Part shown: in pieces, positions 1 to 10,686 of the stretch
Numbering within the stretch: position 1 is the first letter of the stretch
How the letters are laid out: each line of letters begins with the position of its first letter
Assembly: GCA_964016885.1 (NCBI GenBank)
Contig: OZ024743.1
Location: forward strand, 148,862,001 to 148,926,000
DNA from: Eledone cirrhosa
Lineage: Eukaryota
Direction: 5' to 3'
DNA: 64,000 nt
The notes under the pieces: model-generated
What the model was told of the DNA's origin: nothing
What the model saw: the letters and a program-made list of their open reading frames with translations, nothing else
The model's database searches: none
Made by a program: the position numbers and the translations under genes

Positions 1-405
1 ACGAAACCCGAGGGTAGAAACGTAATCCTGGTATGTGTATATGCATTTTATACCTAATTGTGTATGGTTGACAGTATATTTAATCGAATTCCACGTGCTG
101 TTGAAATGTTGGGTAAATATTCTATGGTGGTTGGCCGCGAAGAGATTGCTGTCATTTATTTATCTTCTATTTCTTCATAGGTACCTTTTAATCTTATAGC
201 CTGGTCTAATTGATTTTTTGTGTGGTTAATTATGCTAATTGGGAGAGGAAATGGTATATATATATTATCAAATGATTCTATGGACATACTTTATAGTATA
301 GTGCTCTGATTATTTAATTTATTAATTCATCATTGAGCCACATCGTGAATGGTTGCCAAAACACATATATATCTCTGACTTTGTCTAGTTTGTGTATATG
401 TAAAT

Positions 406-408
<3 letters not shown>
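1..408 (+). mobile_element. HHR-bearing non-coding repeat, family A (Penelope pLTR-like), cut by the window edge
   Basis: Aligns by eye with 9040-9355 and 53820-54200. Starts with the 3' half of an HHR (GAAA-CCCGAGG-GTA^GAAAC) and ends in (TA)n. Confidence 0.75.
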
Positions 409-489
<81 letters not shown>

Positions 490-580
490 GTATATATATA
501 TATGTATATATGTGTATATATATATATATGTGTGTGTGTGTGCGTGTGTATATGTGTGTGTATATATATATATATATATT
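409..580. repeat. (TA)n/(TG)n compound microsatellite
   Basis: Direct reading; source of the YIYIYI ORFs. Confidence 0.98.
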
Positions 581-630
581 TTTTCTTTTTTTTTGCGACG
601 TTTTTTATATGAAATCATGTGTCGAAACAA

Positions 631-1120
631 ATATTGTTATACTTGGGGAGGGTCATATTTGTTTAATAATATTGCCAGAATTAATAACAGAACACACTCA
701 CTGTTTGGTTGGTTTTCGCTTCTGTATTTTTTATATTACTTAATTTATTCGGTCCTCAATGTTTATCATTGACTGACCAACGGTCAAAAATACAGATATA
801 ATATAGACACAAACACATATATATAGTCTAACAAAGTTCTTTCGTTGCACATCTGCAACATCGTCAGTAGTGCTATTATGTTTCCTCCTGTTGTATTGTA
901 TAACAGCACCACTTACGATGTTGCAGACTATATTTATGTGTTTGTGTCTATATTATATCTGTATCTTTGACCGTTGGTCAGTCAATGGTAAACATTGACG
1001 ACCGAATAAATTAACTGATATAAAAGATACAGAAGCGAAAACCAACCAAACAGTGAGTGTGTACTGTTATTAATTCTGGCAATATTATTACAACAATATG
1101 ACCCTCCCCCAAGTATAACA

Positions 1121-1124
<4 letters not shown>
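631..1124. mobile_element. Foldback (inverted) pLTR remnant of a Penelope-like element, family B
   Basis: Arms ~631-828 and ~926-1124 are reverse complements. The terminus ACCCTCCCCAAGTATAACAATAT resembles the end of the Penelope 3' pLTR at ~49140-49163. Confidence 0.75.
829..871 (-). ncRNA. Hammerhead ribozyme motif, family B, stem I degenerate
   Basis: Minus strand reads CUGACGA-U-GUUGCA-gaug-UGCAAC-GAAA-GAACUUUG. The same GAAAGAACUUUG occurs in the HHR at 48991-49033. Confidence 0.6.
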
Positions 1125-1218
<94 letters not shown>

Positions 1219-1355
1219 GATCGACTTTCATCAAATCGGACCGAGGAAACAATGTTTCCGTTGGTCTTTCCAATTGCTAATACTATCTATCGGTCGCAAC
1301 TCCAGGTAGAAGAAGCAACGTGAAATAATATATATGTATTAAAATAACAGATTAA

Positions 1356-1406
1356 AGTTTAAGCAAGGAATCGCTGCTTTCCCCCTTAATGGGATCTTCT
1401 GAAACT
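1356..1406 (-). ncRNA. Hammerhead-like motif with CAGAAGA core variant (family C) in 3' pLTR
   Basis: AGUUU-CAGAAGA-UCCC auuaa GGGG-GAAA-GCA...UGC-UU^AAACU; all three stems can pair. Confidence 0.55.
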
Positions 1407-1555
1407 AAAAAAATCAATCTGTGAACGCAGAAGTAAATATTTCGAAAAACGTTGCAACCGAAGGAAGACAGGAAGACAATACTTTGGTTCGTGGAAACGT
1501 TCCCTGGCAAAGAACGGAAAAAACGAAGATAAACGTCATTATTTGGAGCGGTGAG

Positions 1556-1646
1556 GTTAACTTTGCCTTTTATCCTTACGGGGTCGATAAAATGAAGTAC
1601 CAGTAACGTACTGAGTATTTTTGGCCTTGTGCCAACAGTAGAAACA
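1556..1646 (+). mobile_element. 5'-truncated SINE (family S1) with 18-bp TSD
   Basis: TSD ATTATTTGGAGCGGTGAG at 1538-1555 and 1647-1664; body matches full copies such as 33666-33850. Confidence 0.92.
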
Positions 1647-2550
1647 ATTATTTGGAGCGGTGAGAACACGCAGAGACAAAACTTCGTTTATGGTATGAAT
1701 GAAGTCGTAGACTAATATTCTATTAGGTGGTTCGTGGAGACGTTCCCTGGCAATGAACGAAAAATACGAAGATAATACGTCATTATGTGGAACGATGAGA
1801 ACAATTACACGCAAATACAAAATTACGTTTAGGGTAGAACTGAAGTCGTAGACTAAAATTCTATTTAAGAAACCGAATGATTCTCGGCTTCAGTTAAGAA
1901 TAATGTAAATAAATTACAGAGGTTATTGAAATCAAGATAATTAAATATATACATGCACTCATACATATACGTACATACACATGCATGCGCGAAAACACCC
2001 GCCATGGGTATGCAAATACAGGCACATGCACATAAACACGCACACACATACAATAACCCACGCAACGCCTGTACCCGCACACATACGAACGTATACACCA
2101 AATACAAATAAAACATATATAATATATATATATGCGTGTGTATGTGTGTGTGTGTGTGTGTGCGCGTATACATATAATTATATAAACGTATATAAATATA
2201 CACAATTAAATACGCATATAACACGCGCACACACATACCTACATATCTACACATATGTTCGCTAAACGTACGTCAACCAAAACACAAAGTACACATATAC
2301 CCTACATACGTGAAAACGCGCATACACACACAAACGCAAAACTCACATAACCATATACACATGTACCAGTATATATAATATAATATATACGCCTATAACA
2401 AATTCAAGCAAATATACGTACGAGAAAGTATACGTACCTTTACAAAACATACAGGTAATATATACTTACCTATACAAATAAGTAATGGTATAAACATAAC
2501 ATGTACTTAGCTACCACATCAAGACGTAAATTATACGCGTATAGTTCGAA

Positions 2551-3624
2551 CTATTCGTTAGGGTATAATGTGGGGCTGTAATGCAGGAAAGTTTTCTGCA
2601 ATTTATGTTTACAAGCCGAAATAGCCTCAGATTTTTTGTTTAAGATGTGGTCATTGGCGTAGAGTATTTCCAGGGTTTCAGCGCCGCAGAGATCACATGA
2701 TCTTTTATTTCCGTTATATGATCTAGCCCAAACTAGGATCTCCCAGTGTAACCTATATTGGATGTGGTTGTCTTTTAAACTACAGATATAAGCTGAAAGT
2801 GACGTCATATTCCTTCTTAGAAGGTTAAGAAAAGAATGGGTATGCATGTAAAGACGCTGCTTGAATCTATTGGCGGTTAACCCTATGTAGACCCTACGGG
2901 ACCTGGGTGTTTCAACCTTACATTTGTAGACAATGTTACTAGAGAGGCATTTCCCGGATAGGGGTCAGTCAAGCCGATTCCTACAATTACAGTTAGTACT
3001 AGCTACAGGGTAATTTAGCTGCGGCTAGGTAATTTAGCTAAATTTGAAGCAGTGATCTTATGTGCAAGGTTAGGAGTCGTAGAGTAAGAAATTTTAATGG
3101 TATTTCTATTAAAAAAATGTTATTATATTTATGTGGTGGGGGGAATGCTTCATAACAAGGGAGAGAAAGATCTTAACTAATGGTGTAGCCACCTTCATAT
3201 TATATGGTGGGTTATACCATATAATGCGTCGGGATTTATTTTTCCTAGATCTATGCTCATACTCGGTATATGCTACCTTATCGACAAATCCACTCCGAGC
3301 AAGAGCTTCATTGTAGTATGTGGAATGGTCGGTGAAAATATGCTCGTTTCTAGATAGACTGGAAAGCCTCAAAGAAACGATTCTTACCAGGTTCTTGGTT
3401 ATGCTGGCAGGATGGTTAGAATGTTTACGTATGTAATTAAGCCTATCATTCGGCTTTCTATACGGGTAGTGCAAGCCATTCGACAAATTGAGGGTAACGT
3501 CGAGGTAATTAACGACCGAGAGGTTGGCCTCAACCTGTATCGAGTGGTTGAAGCCTTTAAAGAAGGATGTGAGTTCTTTTCTGAGCCTGTCGCAAGAGCG
3601 TGGGCCGCACTTTGTCATGGTCAA
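2551..3624 (-). pseudogene. Disrupted Penelope RT-thumb plus GIY-YIG endonuclease ORF
   Basis: VNYLDVTLNL...YPYRKPND.L.YI.KHSNHP..I.K, IIWYNPPY, NIVYKC...VYIGLT..FKQRL..H, CDLC..E...I..LNKKSE..S.CKH; frameshifted. Confidence 0.9.
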
Positions 3625-3805
3625 AAGACCAAACGTGGTTTTTTTCTTTACGTGTTCTCACCGCTCCAAATAATGACGTATTATCTTCATTTTTTTGTCA
3701 TTTGCCAGGGAACGTCTCCACGAACCAAAGCTTCGTCTTGCTGTCTTCCTTCGGCTGCAACGTTTTTCGAAATATTTACTTCTGCGTTGACAGATTGATT
3801 TTTTT

Positions 3806-3856
3806 AGTTTCAGAAGATCCCGTTAAGGGTGAAAGCAGCCATTCTTTGCTTAAACT
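3806..3856 (+). ncRNA. Hammerhead-like motif with CAGAAGA core variant (family C) in inverted pLTR
   Basis: AGTTT-CAGAAGA-TCCCgttaaGGGT-GAAA-GCA...TGC-TT^AAACT. Confidence 0.55.
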
Positions 3857-3950
3857 TCAATCTGTTATCTTAATAATTATTTGCTCTACGGTTCTTATAT
3901 ATTTTTCCTTATCGAGCCATCTTTGGATTTTACTCTTAATATTTATTATT

Positions 3951-4034
<84 letters not shown>

Positions 4035-4039
<5 letters not shown>

Positions 4040-4392
4040 CGGAACAAGTAAACATTAAACAATCTTTTAAATAAATTAAAATACGATTTAAATATTTACC
4101 TCTTCTAGTGCCATGACCGACGGTTTCGCTTATCAAAAGATTGGAAATTCAGAGAATTTCCAATGGAAAGATATAACTCTTCAGATAGCTTTTCCAAACC
4201 TACTAGACATAAGTCCGTATAGATGTAGATATATAACCCTCTGCCCAGTGAATGAATCAAGCCGTTAAAATGACCCACACACTCATTGGACCGTTAGAAA
4301 TAGCGGGAATTATAGACTCGCTGATATTTCATGCTGCTAGAAATAGCAGCATGATACAGCATTTTTTTCTCTACATTAAGGAGAATTAGATA
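4035..4392 (-). mobile_element. HHR-bearing non-coding repeat, family D
   Basis: Homologous to ~45775-46135 and flanked by (TA)n. Confidence 0.75.
4110..4189 (-). ncRNA. Type I hammerhead ribozyme, family D
   Basis: GCUAU-CUGAAGA-G[long stem II including AUUGGAAAUUC/GAAUUUCCAAU]C-GAAA-CCGUCG-GUC^AUGGC. Confidence 0.85.
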
Positions 4393-4414
4393 AATCTCTC
4401 TCTCTATATATATA

Positions 4415-6640
4415 TATAAGCCAGATTTATTTCTTGATAGTTAGGAAGCGAGACAGGCAGATGGTGTCAAATACCCCGGGGAAGAATGTACCCCACAGCA
4501 TAGGTGGGTCGTTAGTGATATCTCAGTAAGCAAGAGACAGAATGAGACATACAGGAAGGTGTGGAAAAGAAAGGTCTGGAAGCTAAAACACCTTTCACTA
4601 AAATATAAATTTAGGAAAGCCCTTCAAGATGTGTATGACAAAAAAGAAGACGATTTAGAGTCTGACAGATGATAACTGGAATTTCTTACGTGACAATTTA
4701 CTGCAGACTACTGAAGACATTGTGGCTGGAGCAGAGCTCCAACCAGACAGTGAGTGGCCTGGTGGTGGAACAGCACGGTAGATGGGGGCCATTAGAGACA
4801 AAAGACTAGCATGGAACACTTTGAAAAATGGTGTTAAGAGGGAAGCTAGATGTCCGGTGTACTTAACACGCAGAGAGGCTGAGAGTAGGAGATTAGCCAA
4901 TGTTCTGCGACAGGAAGATCAGGGAAATGCGGTGTTCTGCATTGCAAGGGAGTGTGTCAGTGCAAATCAGGATGTTGTTGGAGATAAATGTGTCCGGAAT
5001 GATGCCGGTGTACTTACTTACTTGTACTTGTGTCGACATTCACCCTGGACGGGTTGAGCCAGCTTCTTCTCTTGTCCTGACGGCATCCCGAACCATGGCA
5101 GCCCACGCATGACGGTCCTGGGCTAGGTCACTGGAGATAGCGAGCCAGTCACGCTTCCATTGGCGCACGCCGACCACCTACTGACCTAACCAGAAACAAG
5201 AGGCCTGGAAATGTCATTAAGAGAGACTGATGAATGTGGAGAACGAATGAGAGAGAAATTACCACCAGTAGAGCGGACAGAGGGACCAGCTATTGAGATT
5301 GACGAATATAGAGTCCAAGAGGCGATTAAGGAAATGATAAATGGTAAGGCCGCTGAACCGTCGGAGATAGTTGCTGAGATGCTGAAGGCATCAGGAGACG
5401 TAGGTACTAAACTGGTTGCACGCATCATCAATCAGTTTATATATGGCGGTGTCATACTCCAAAGACTGGTGCAGCAGTATTCTCGTAAATTGCTACAAAA
5501 GTAAATGGGATGCTCTGGAGAGGAGCAATTATAGGGGCATAAAACTGATGGATCAGGTTATGAAATGGCAGAAAGGATATTAGCGCAACTAATTAGAGAA
5601 AAGGTCAAACAAGATGAGATGGTGTTTGGTTTTGGGCCTGGGAAAAGTACAACAAATGCCTTCTTCTTAGTGAGACAAGGGAGGTATAAGCCACTATACT
5701 TAGCTTTTGTTGACCTAGAGAAGGCCTGTGATAGGGTACCCCAATTTGTCATCTGCTGGTCCCTAAGAAAACTAGGTGTTGAGGAATGGCTTGTGAAGAC
5801 AGTGCAAGCTTTGTACAGAGGTTATGTCAGTAAAGTGAGGGTAGGAATGGAGTTTACAGAGAAATTCCAGGTACAAGTAGGAGTACATCTGTGTTCGGTC
5901 CTCAGCCCGCTCTTGTTCATTATAGTCCTCCAAATCATAACAGAGGAGTTTAAGACTGGCTGCCCATTGGAACTTCTCTATGCTGACCATCTGGTTCTTA
6001 TAGTAGAATCAGTGGAGGCGCTAGAGAATAAATTCTGGCTATGGAAACGGCAGTTGGAAGCAAGAGGACTGAGAGTGAACCTAGCTAAGACAGAAGTGTT
6101 GATGAGTAGAAAAGAGGACAAAACTCTGATTCCGTCAGGGAAATGGCCATGTTTGATATGCAGAAAAAGAACTGGCATAAATTCTATAAAATGTACACAA
6201 TGCAGACCTTGAGTACACAAGAGGTGTAGTGGGATAACAGCCGAACTAGCAGGTAGGTAAAAATACGTAGGCAGTAGATGTACAGGGAATTTTGATAGTA
6301 GAAGTCACATTGATAGACACATTTTTCAAATGCAGGTGGGTTCCATAGAAATGGTTGATAGCTTCCAGTACCTAGGTTATCAGATTAGCATAGGAGGGGG
6401 TGTTCCGAGGCCATGGTATCTAGAATAACGACGGGTTGGAAGAAGTTTAGGGAGCTGCTTACTCCCCTGACGAAGAAGGGTTTCTCCCTGCTTACGAAAG
6501 GCCGGTTATATGATGCCTGTGTGAGGTGTGCGATGCTGCATGGTATCGAAACATGATCAGCAACTGCAGAGGATATGCGACGACTGGAGAGAAATAAGGC
6601 AAGCATGCTCCGTTGAATGTCCAATGTCAATGTGTGTGAT
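4415..6640 (+). mobile_element. Degenerate RTE-clade LINE (EN C-terminus, RT, Cys/His finger)
   Basis: LYLAFVDLEKA.DRVP, QVGVH..SVLSPLLF, LLYAD.LVLI, GLRVNLAKT, FQYLG, MLHG.ET; many stops and frameshifts. Confidence 0.9.
5013..5175 (-). mobile_element. GC-rich 3'-terminal fragment of a second LINE (RTE-like) inserted into the RTE
   Basis: Minus frame VGVRQWKRDWLAISSDLAQDRHAWAAMVRDAVRTREEAGSTRPG* followed by a CAAGTA/(AAGT)n tail; the host LINE resumes on both sides. Confidence 0.8.
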
Positions 6641-6659
6641 GATATATGTATATATATAT

Positions 6660-7264
6660 ATGGTGGCTGCCAACTCGTTTTCGAGTACGGCCACTACTTT
6701 ATATCCATGTAGGAGAACTCCTACCAATGCGCTGAACGAGTGACTTTTTAGTCCAGCCAGCAACTTGAAAACTCTGGTACAAACACTACACTTGTGACAA
6801 TTATTGACACATAGTGCTAGGCCCATGGTACCATGTGACGACAAGTGCAGAGAGATCTCCAGATATAAAGCAATGCCTGTGCCGTGAAGCTTTTATAGTG
6901 AGCAAAGGCACTGCACAAAGCCAGTCCCACTCTCTTAACCAAGATGATATTTACCAAAAAGAAGAACAAGTCAACATCATTGGATACCATCAGGGTTGCA
7001 GGTGTTATATCAGAGTTTTCCTTCTCCTAGAATTCTGCCTTGACAAAGGCTAAGGGGTCATCTCTCCCGGTGATTTTGGATGGCCATTGACTCTTAAGAG
7101 CTCCTTTGCCCTTTGACAGGTTTTGTTTTTAGTCCTGCAGGATGTCCAAAGTCACCCGCCTCACCAAGAAACCTTGGTGGGGTTGCCAGTTTAGTCGCCA
7201 ACGACCCGACCATGGGACAGGTTGTACTGGGATACCTGTTATCAGTAGCACCAACTGGTGACCT

Positions 7265-7268
<4 letters not shown>
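6660..7268 (-). mobile_element. RTE-type 5' UTR or non-autonomous derivative
   Basis: Minus strand has GGCGACTAAACTGGCAACCCCACC and CTAGGAGAAGGAAAACTCTGA, motifs I recall from RTE 5' regions; bounded by (TA)n. Confidence 0.6.
7186..7230 (-). ncRNA. HDV-like ribozyme remnant
   Basis: P2 CCAGU/ACUGG, P3 ACA/UGU, candidate P1 3' strand CCCAUGGU, GG, P4 UCG-uugg-CGA, J4/2 CUAA. L3 is shortened and no P1 5' strand was found. Confidence 0.5.
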
Positions 7269-7337
<69 letters not shown>

Positions 7338-7571
7338 GAAAGTATAGAAATTATTGTGAGCGTGAAGCCAACAGTATTTCATAATATATAAGTGACTATA
7401 ACGTCAAAATGGAAAAATAGTTAACGTAAGATGTGGGAAAATAATTCAAACTTAATTTTTTAAAAATCAAGACATAGAATTTTGTGAAATCCAGGGAAAA
7501 ATCAATTGAGCCTTAACTCAGAATAAAATAAAGTTTAAATACTCATCCTTCAATTTGGAAAAACTACAAAT

Positions 7572-7650
7572 GCTCTGTATAGTCTTAAAAAGACTATTTC
7601 ACGAAACTTTCAGTGGGCTGGTCACGGTTGGAGTCGTTCATCAGCAGAGC
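7572..7650 (-). ncRNA. Type I hammerhead ribozyme, family E, copy 1
   Basis: GCUCUG-CUGAUGA-ACGA...UCGU-GAAA-UAGUC uuuuuaa GACU-AUA^CAGAGC; all stems pair perfectly. Confidence 0.92.
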
Positions 7651-8199
7651 TCAAACACGATAACCCTAATGCCACTATAGAATATGCCAAAAAAAGAATT
7701 TAAAAACAGGCTAGTTCACCTCGTACGTAATTATGAAAATAAACGCACATGGAGAGACATGGCTGGTGACGTCAGAATGAGACGAATGTCTGTTTACAGG
7801 AAACAGCAGTCAAAAAACATTTCGAAAAAAACTCTACAAGTGTCAGGAATTCAGCAAAATAGCAATATTATCGCGGTTTTTTTTTTTATAAAGACCGGGA
7901 TTAGTCACAAATAATTTTAAGCACTTTAGGAAAATTCCGAGTATAAATATAAATGAAAGTATAGAAATTATGGTGAGCGTGAAGCCAACAGTATTTCATA
8001 ATATATAAGTGACTATAACGTCAACATGGAAAAATAGTTAACGTAAGATGTGGGAAAATAATTCAAATCAATTAATAAAAAATCAAGACATAGATTTATC
8101 CACAGAATTTGGTGAAATCCAGGGAAAAATCAATAGAGCCTTAACTCAGAATGAAATAAAGTTTAAATACTCATCCTTCAATTTGGAAAAACTGCAAAT

Positions 8200-8276
8200 G
8201 CTCTGTATAGTCGGAAAAAAACTATTTCGCAAAACTTTCAGTGGGCTGGTCACAGTTGGAGTCGTTCATCAGCAGG
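8200..8276 (-). ncRNA. Type I hammerhead ribozyme, family E, copy 2, stems partly eroded
   Basis: CUG-CUGAUGA-AC...GC-GAAA-UAGU...ACU-AUA^CAGAGC. Confidence 0.75.
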
Positions 8277-8377
8277 TTTCAAACACGATAACCCTAATGC
8301 CACTGTAAAATATGCCAAAAAGGGAATTATATATATATATATATATATGTGTGTGTATATATATATGTTTTTTTTTT

Positions 8378-8420
<43 letters not shown>

Positions 8421-8489
8421 ATATCAGGAAAAACTTGAACCATTAAGTTCTTCTTCCTGGTTATGTCAATATTTATAAAACAAACTTTG

Positions 8490-8550
8490 TATTTTATCTG
8501 ATGAGAGCGTACCAAAGTTTTCGTACCCTTGAAATATATATAATAGAATA
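8490..8550 (+). ncRNA. Type I hammerhead ribozyme, family F, in a ~170 bp insert between (TA)n runs
   Basis: TATTTTAT-CTGATGA-GAG.GTAC...GTAC.CTT-GAAA-TATAT-ATA^ATAGAATA; 8-bp stem I with one G-U pair. Confidence 0.85.
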
Positions 8551-8594
8551 AATATGGTTTTATAAATATTATTTCCATTTATTTTAATTTCATT

Positions 8595-8621
8595 GAATAT
8601 ATATATGTATATATATATATG

Positions 8622-8653
<32 letters not shown>

Positions 8654-8654
8654 T

Positions 8655-8714
<60 letters not shown>

Positions 8715-8738
8715 GTATATGTATATATATGTATATGT

Positions 8739-8837
<99 letters not shown>

Positions 8838-8860
8838 AATGTATATGTATATACATATAT
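8595..8860. repeat. Long interrupted (TA)n microsatellite
   Basis: Direct reading. Confidence 0.98.
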
Positions 8861-9354
8861 AGCCGTAAGACACCAATCACATTCTTTCTGACTTGACCAC
8901 TGCCACGTCACAGTTCTTAGCCATTTTGAATTCATTTCTAGCGGGGATCATTTAAGAAAAATCTTTGTCCAAGTGAGTTTGTTTCCTGATGAGTTCGAAG
9001 CTTGAGAATTTATCCTTGATAGGATATTTCCGAAAGCTAACGAAACCCTAAGGGTAGAAACGTAATACTGGTATGTGTATTTGCATTTTTTCTCCTAATT
9101 TTAATTTTATACCTAATTGTGTATGGTTGACGATATATTTAATCGATTTCCACGTGCTATTGAAATGCTGGGTAAATATTCTATAGCTGTTGATCGCGAA
9201 TAGATGGCTGTCGTTTATTTATCTATTGTTTCTTCATAGGTGCCTTTTAATCTTATAGCCTGGTTTAATTGTTTTTTTGTGTGGTTAATTATGCTAATTG
9301 TGAGGGGAAATGGAGTATATATCTTATCAAATGAACCTATGGACATAATTTATA

Positions 9355-9355
<1 letters not shown>
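8861..9355 (+). mobile_element. HHR-bearing non-coding repeat, family A
   Basis: Homologous to 1-300 and 53650-54120; (TA)n on both sides. Confidence 0.8.
8981..9061 (+). ncRNA. Type I hammerhead ribozyme, family A
   Basis: GTTTC-CTGATGA-GTT...AAC-GAAA-CCCTAAGG-GTA^GAAAC. Confidence 0.9.
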
Positions 9356-9818
<463 letters not shown>

Positions 9819-10201
9819 ACTACTCCCTTTGTCCCTCCACTTTCTAATTTCTCTTCCTCTCTCTCTATACTAGCAAATACAATTCCAAAAAATGTTTTTC
9901 TATTTATTAAGAATTCGTTAAGAGTAACTTATTCACGATTTTGAAAATTTGGACGTGTACAACAGTGGCTGCTATTTGCAGTATAGCAATATAAGGTTGC
10001 ACTTACCAATGAAATGGTCGTAAATACCTGGATAAAATCCTTTTTTTAATGCTTACCCGTGTTTTCTCTTTTATCCTTTACACTCCAATATTGTACGTGA
10101 TTCTTACAAACTTGTGGAGTTACCCCTAACCGTCCATGAAACTGGCTGTCTTAACCACGAACTGGATTACAATAAGCAATTTTCTGCTTCCATAACTATA
10201 T

Positions 10202-10250
<49 letters not shown>

Positions 10251-10273
10251 CATATATATATATATATATAAAT

Positions 10274-10327
<54 letters not shown>

Positions 10328-10508
10328 GGAAATGTATTTATCAGGTTGTGTGCATTTACTTTGTGCATTCTAATGCAGAATGATGTAACTTACTGTATGT
10401 TTCTTATTTTGATAAAATATGGAAATGTTTTTGTAGGAAGAGAGAGAATGAGTAACCTTTGCCTGAGGTAGCTATGTATGTATGTGCACATATTATATAT
10501 ATATAAAT

Positions 10509-10686
10509 AATTGTTTCTACTTTTTGGCACAAGGCCAGCAATTATCAGTACATTACTGCTACTTTATTTTATCGACCCCGTAAGGATGAAAGGCAAAGTT
10601 AACCTCGGCGGGATTTGAACTCAGATCATAAAGGGACATAACTATGCTAGAAAGCATGGCGTCTGACCCTCTACCGATACTGCCAA
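10509..10686 (-). mobile_element. SINE family S1
   Basis: Matches other copies; B-box-like GAGTTCAAATCCC. Confidence 0.9.

Larger units (their letters stand above)
1340..3957 (-). mobile_element. Penelope-like retroelement, 5'-truncated, with 3' pLTR and inverted 5' pLTR copy
   Basis: RT C-terminus and GIY-YIG remnants lie on the minus strand. ~1345-1550 and ~3655-3870 are inverted copies; both translate to LTAPNNDV...SEDP.KGESS.SLLKL on opposite strands. Confidence 0.9.
7332..8325 (-). mobile_element. Retrozyme-like element: two ~360-375 bp direct repeats, each with an HHR, around a ~250 bp non-coding spacer (family E)
   Basis: Repeats at ~7332-7695 and ~7948-8325; (TA)n on both sides; no credible ORF. 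Confidence 0.85.

Noticed and set aside
333-743. YIYIYI/VCVCVC/THTHTH/ERERER ORFs here and throughout the window
   Set aside because: Translations of dinucleotide microsatellites that lack stop codons; not genes.
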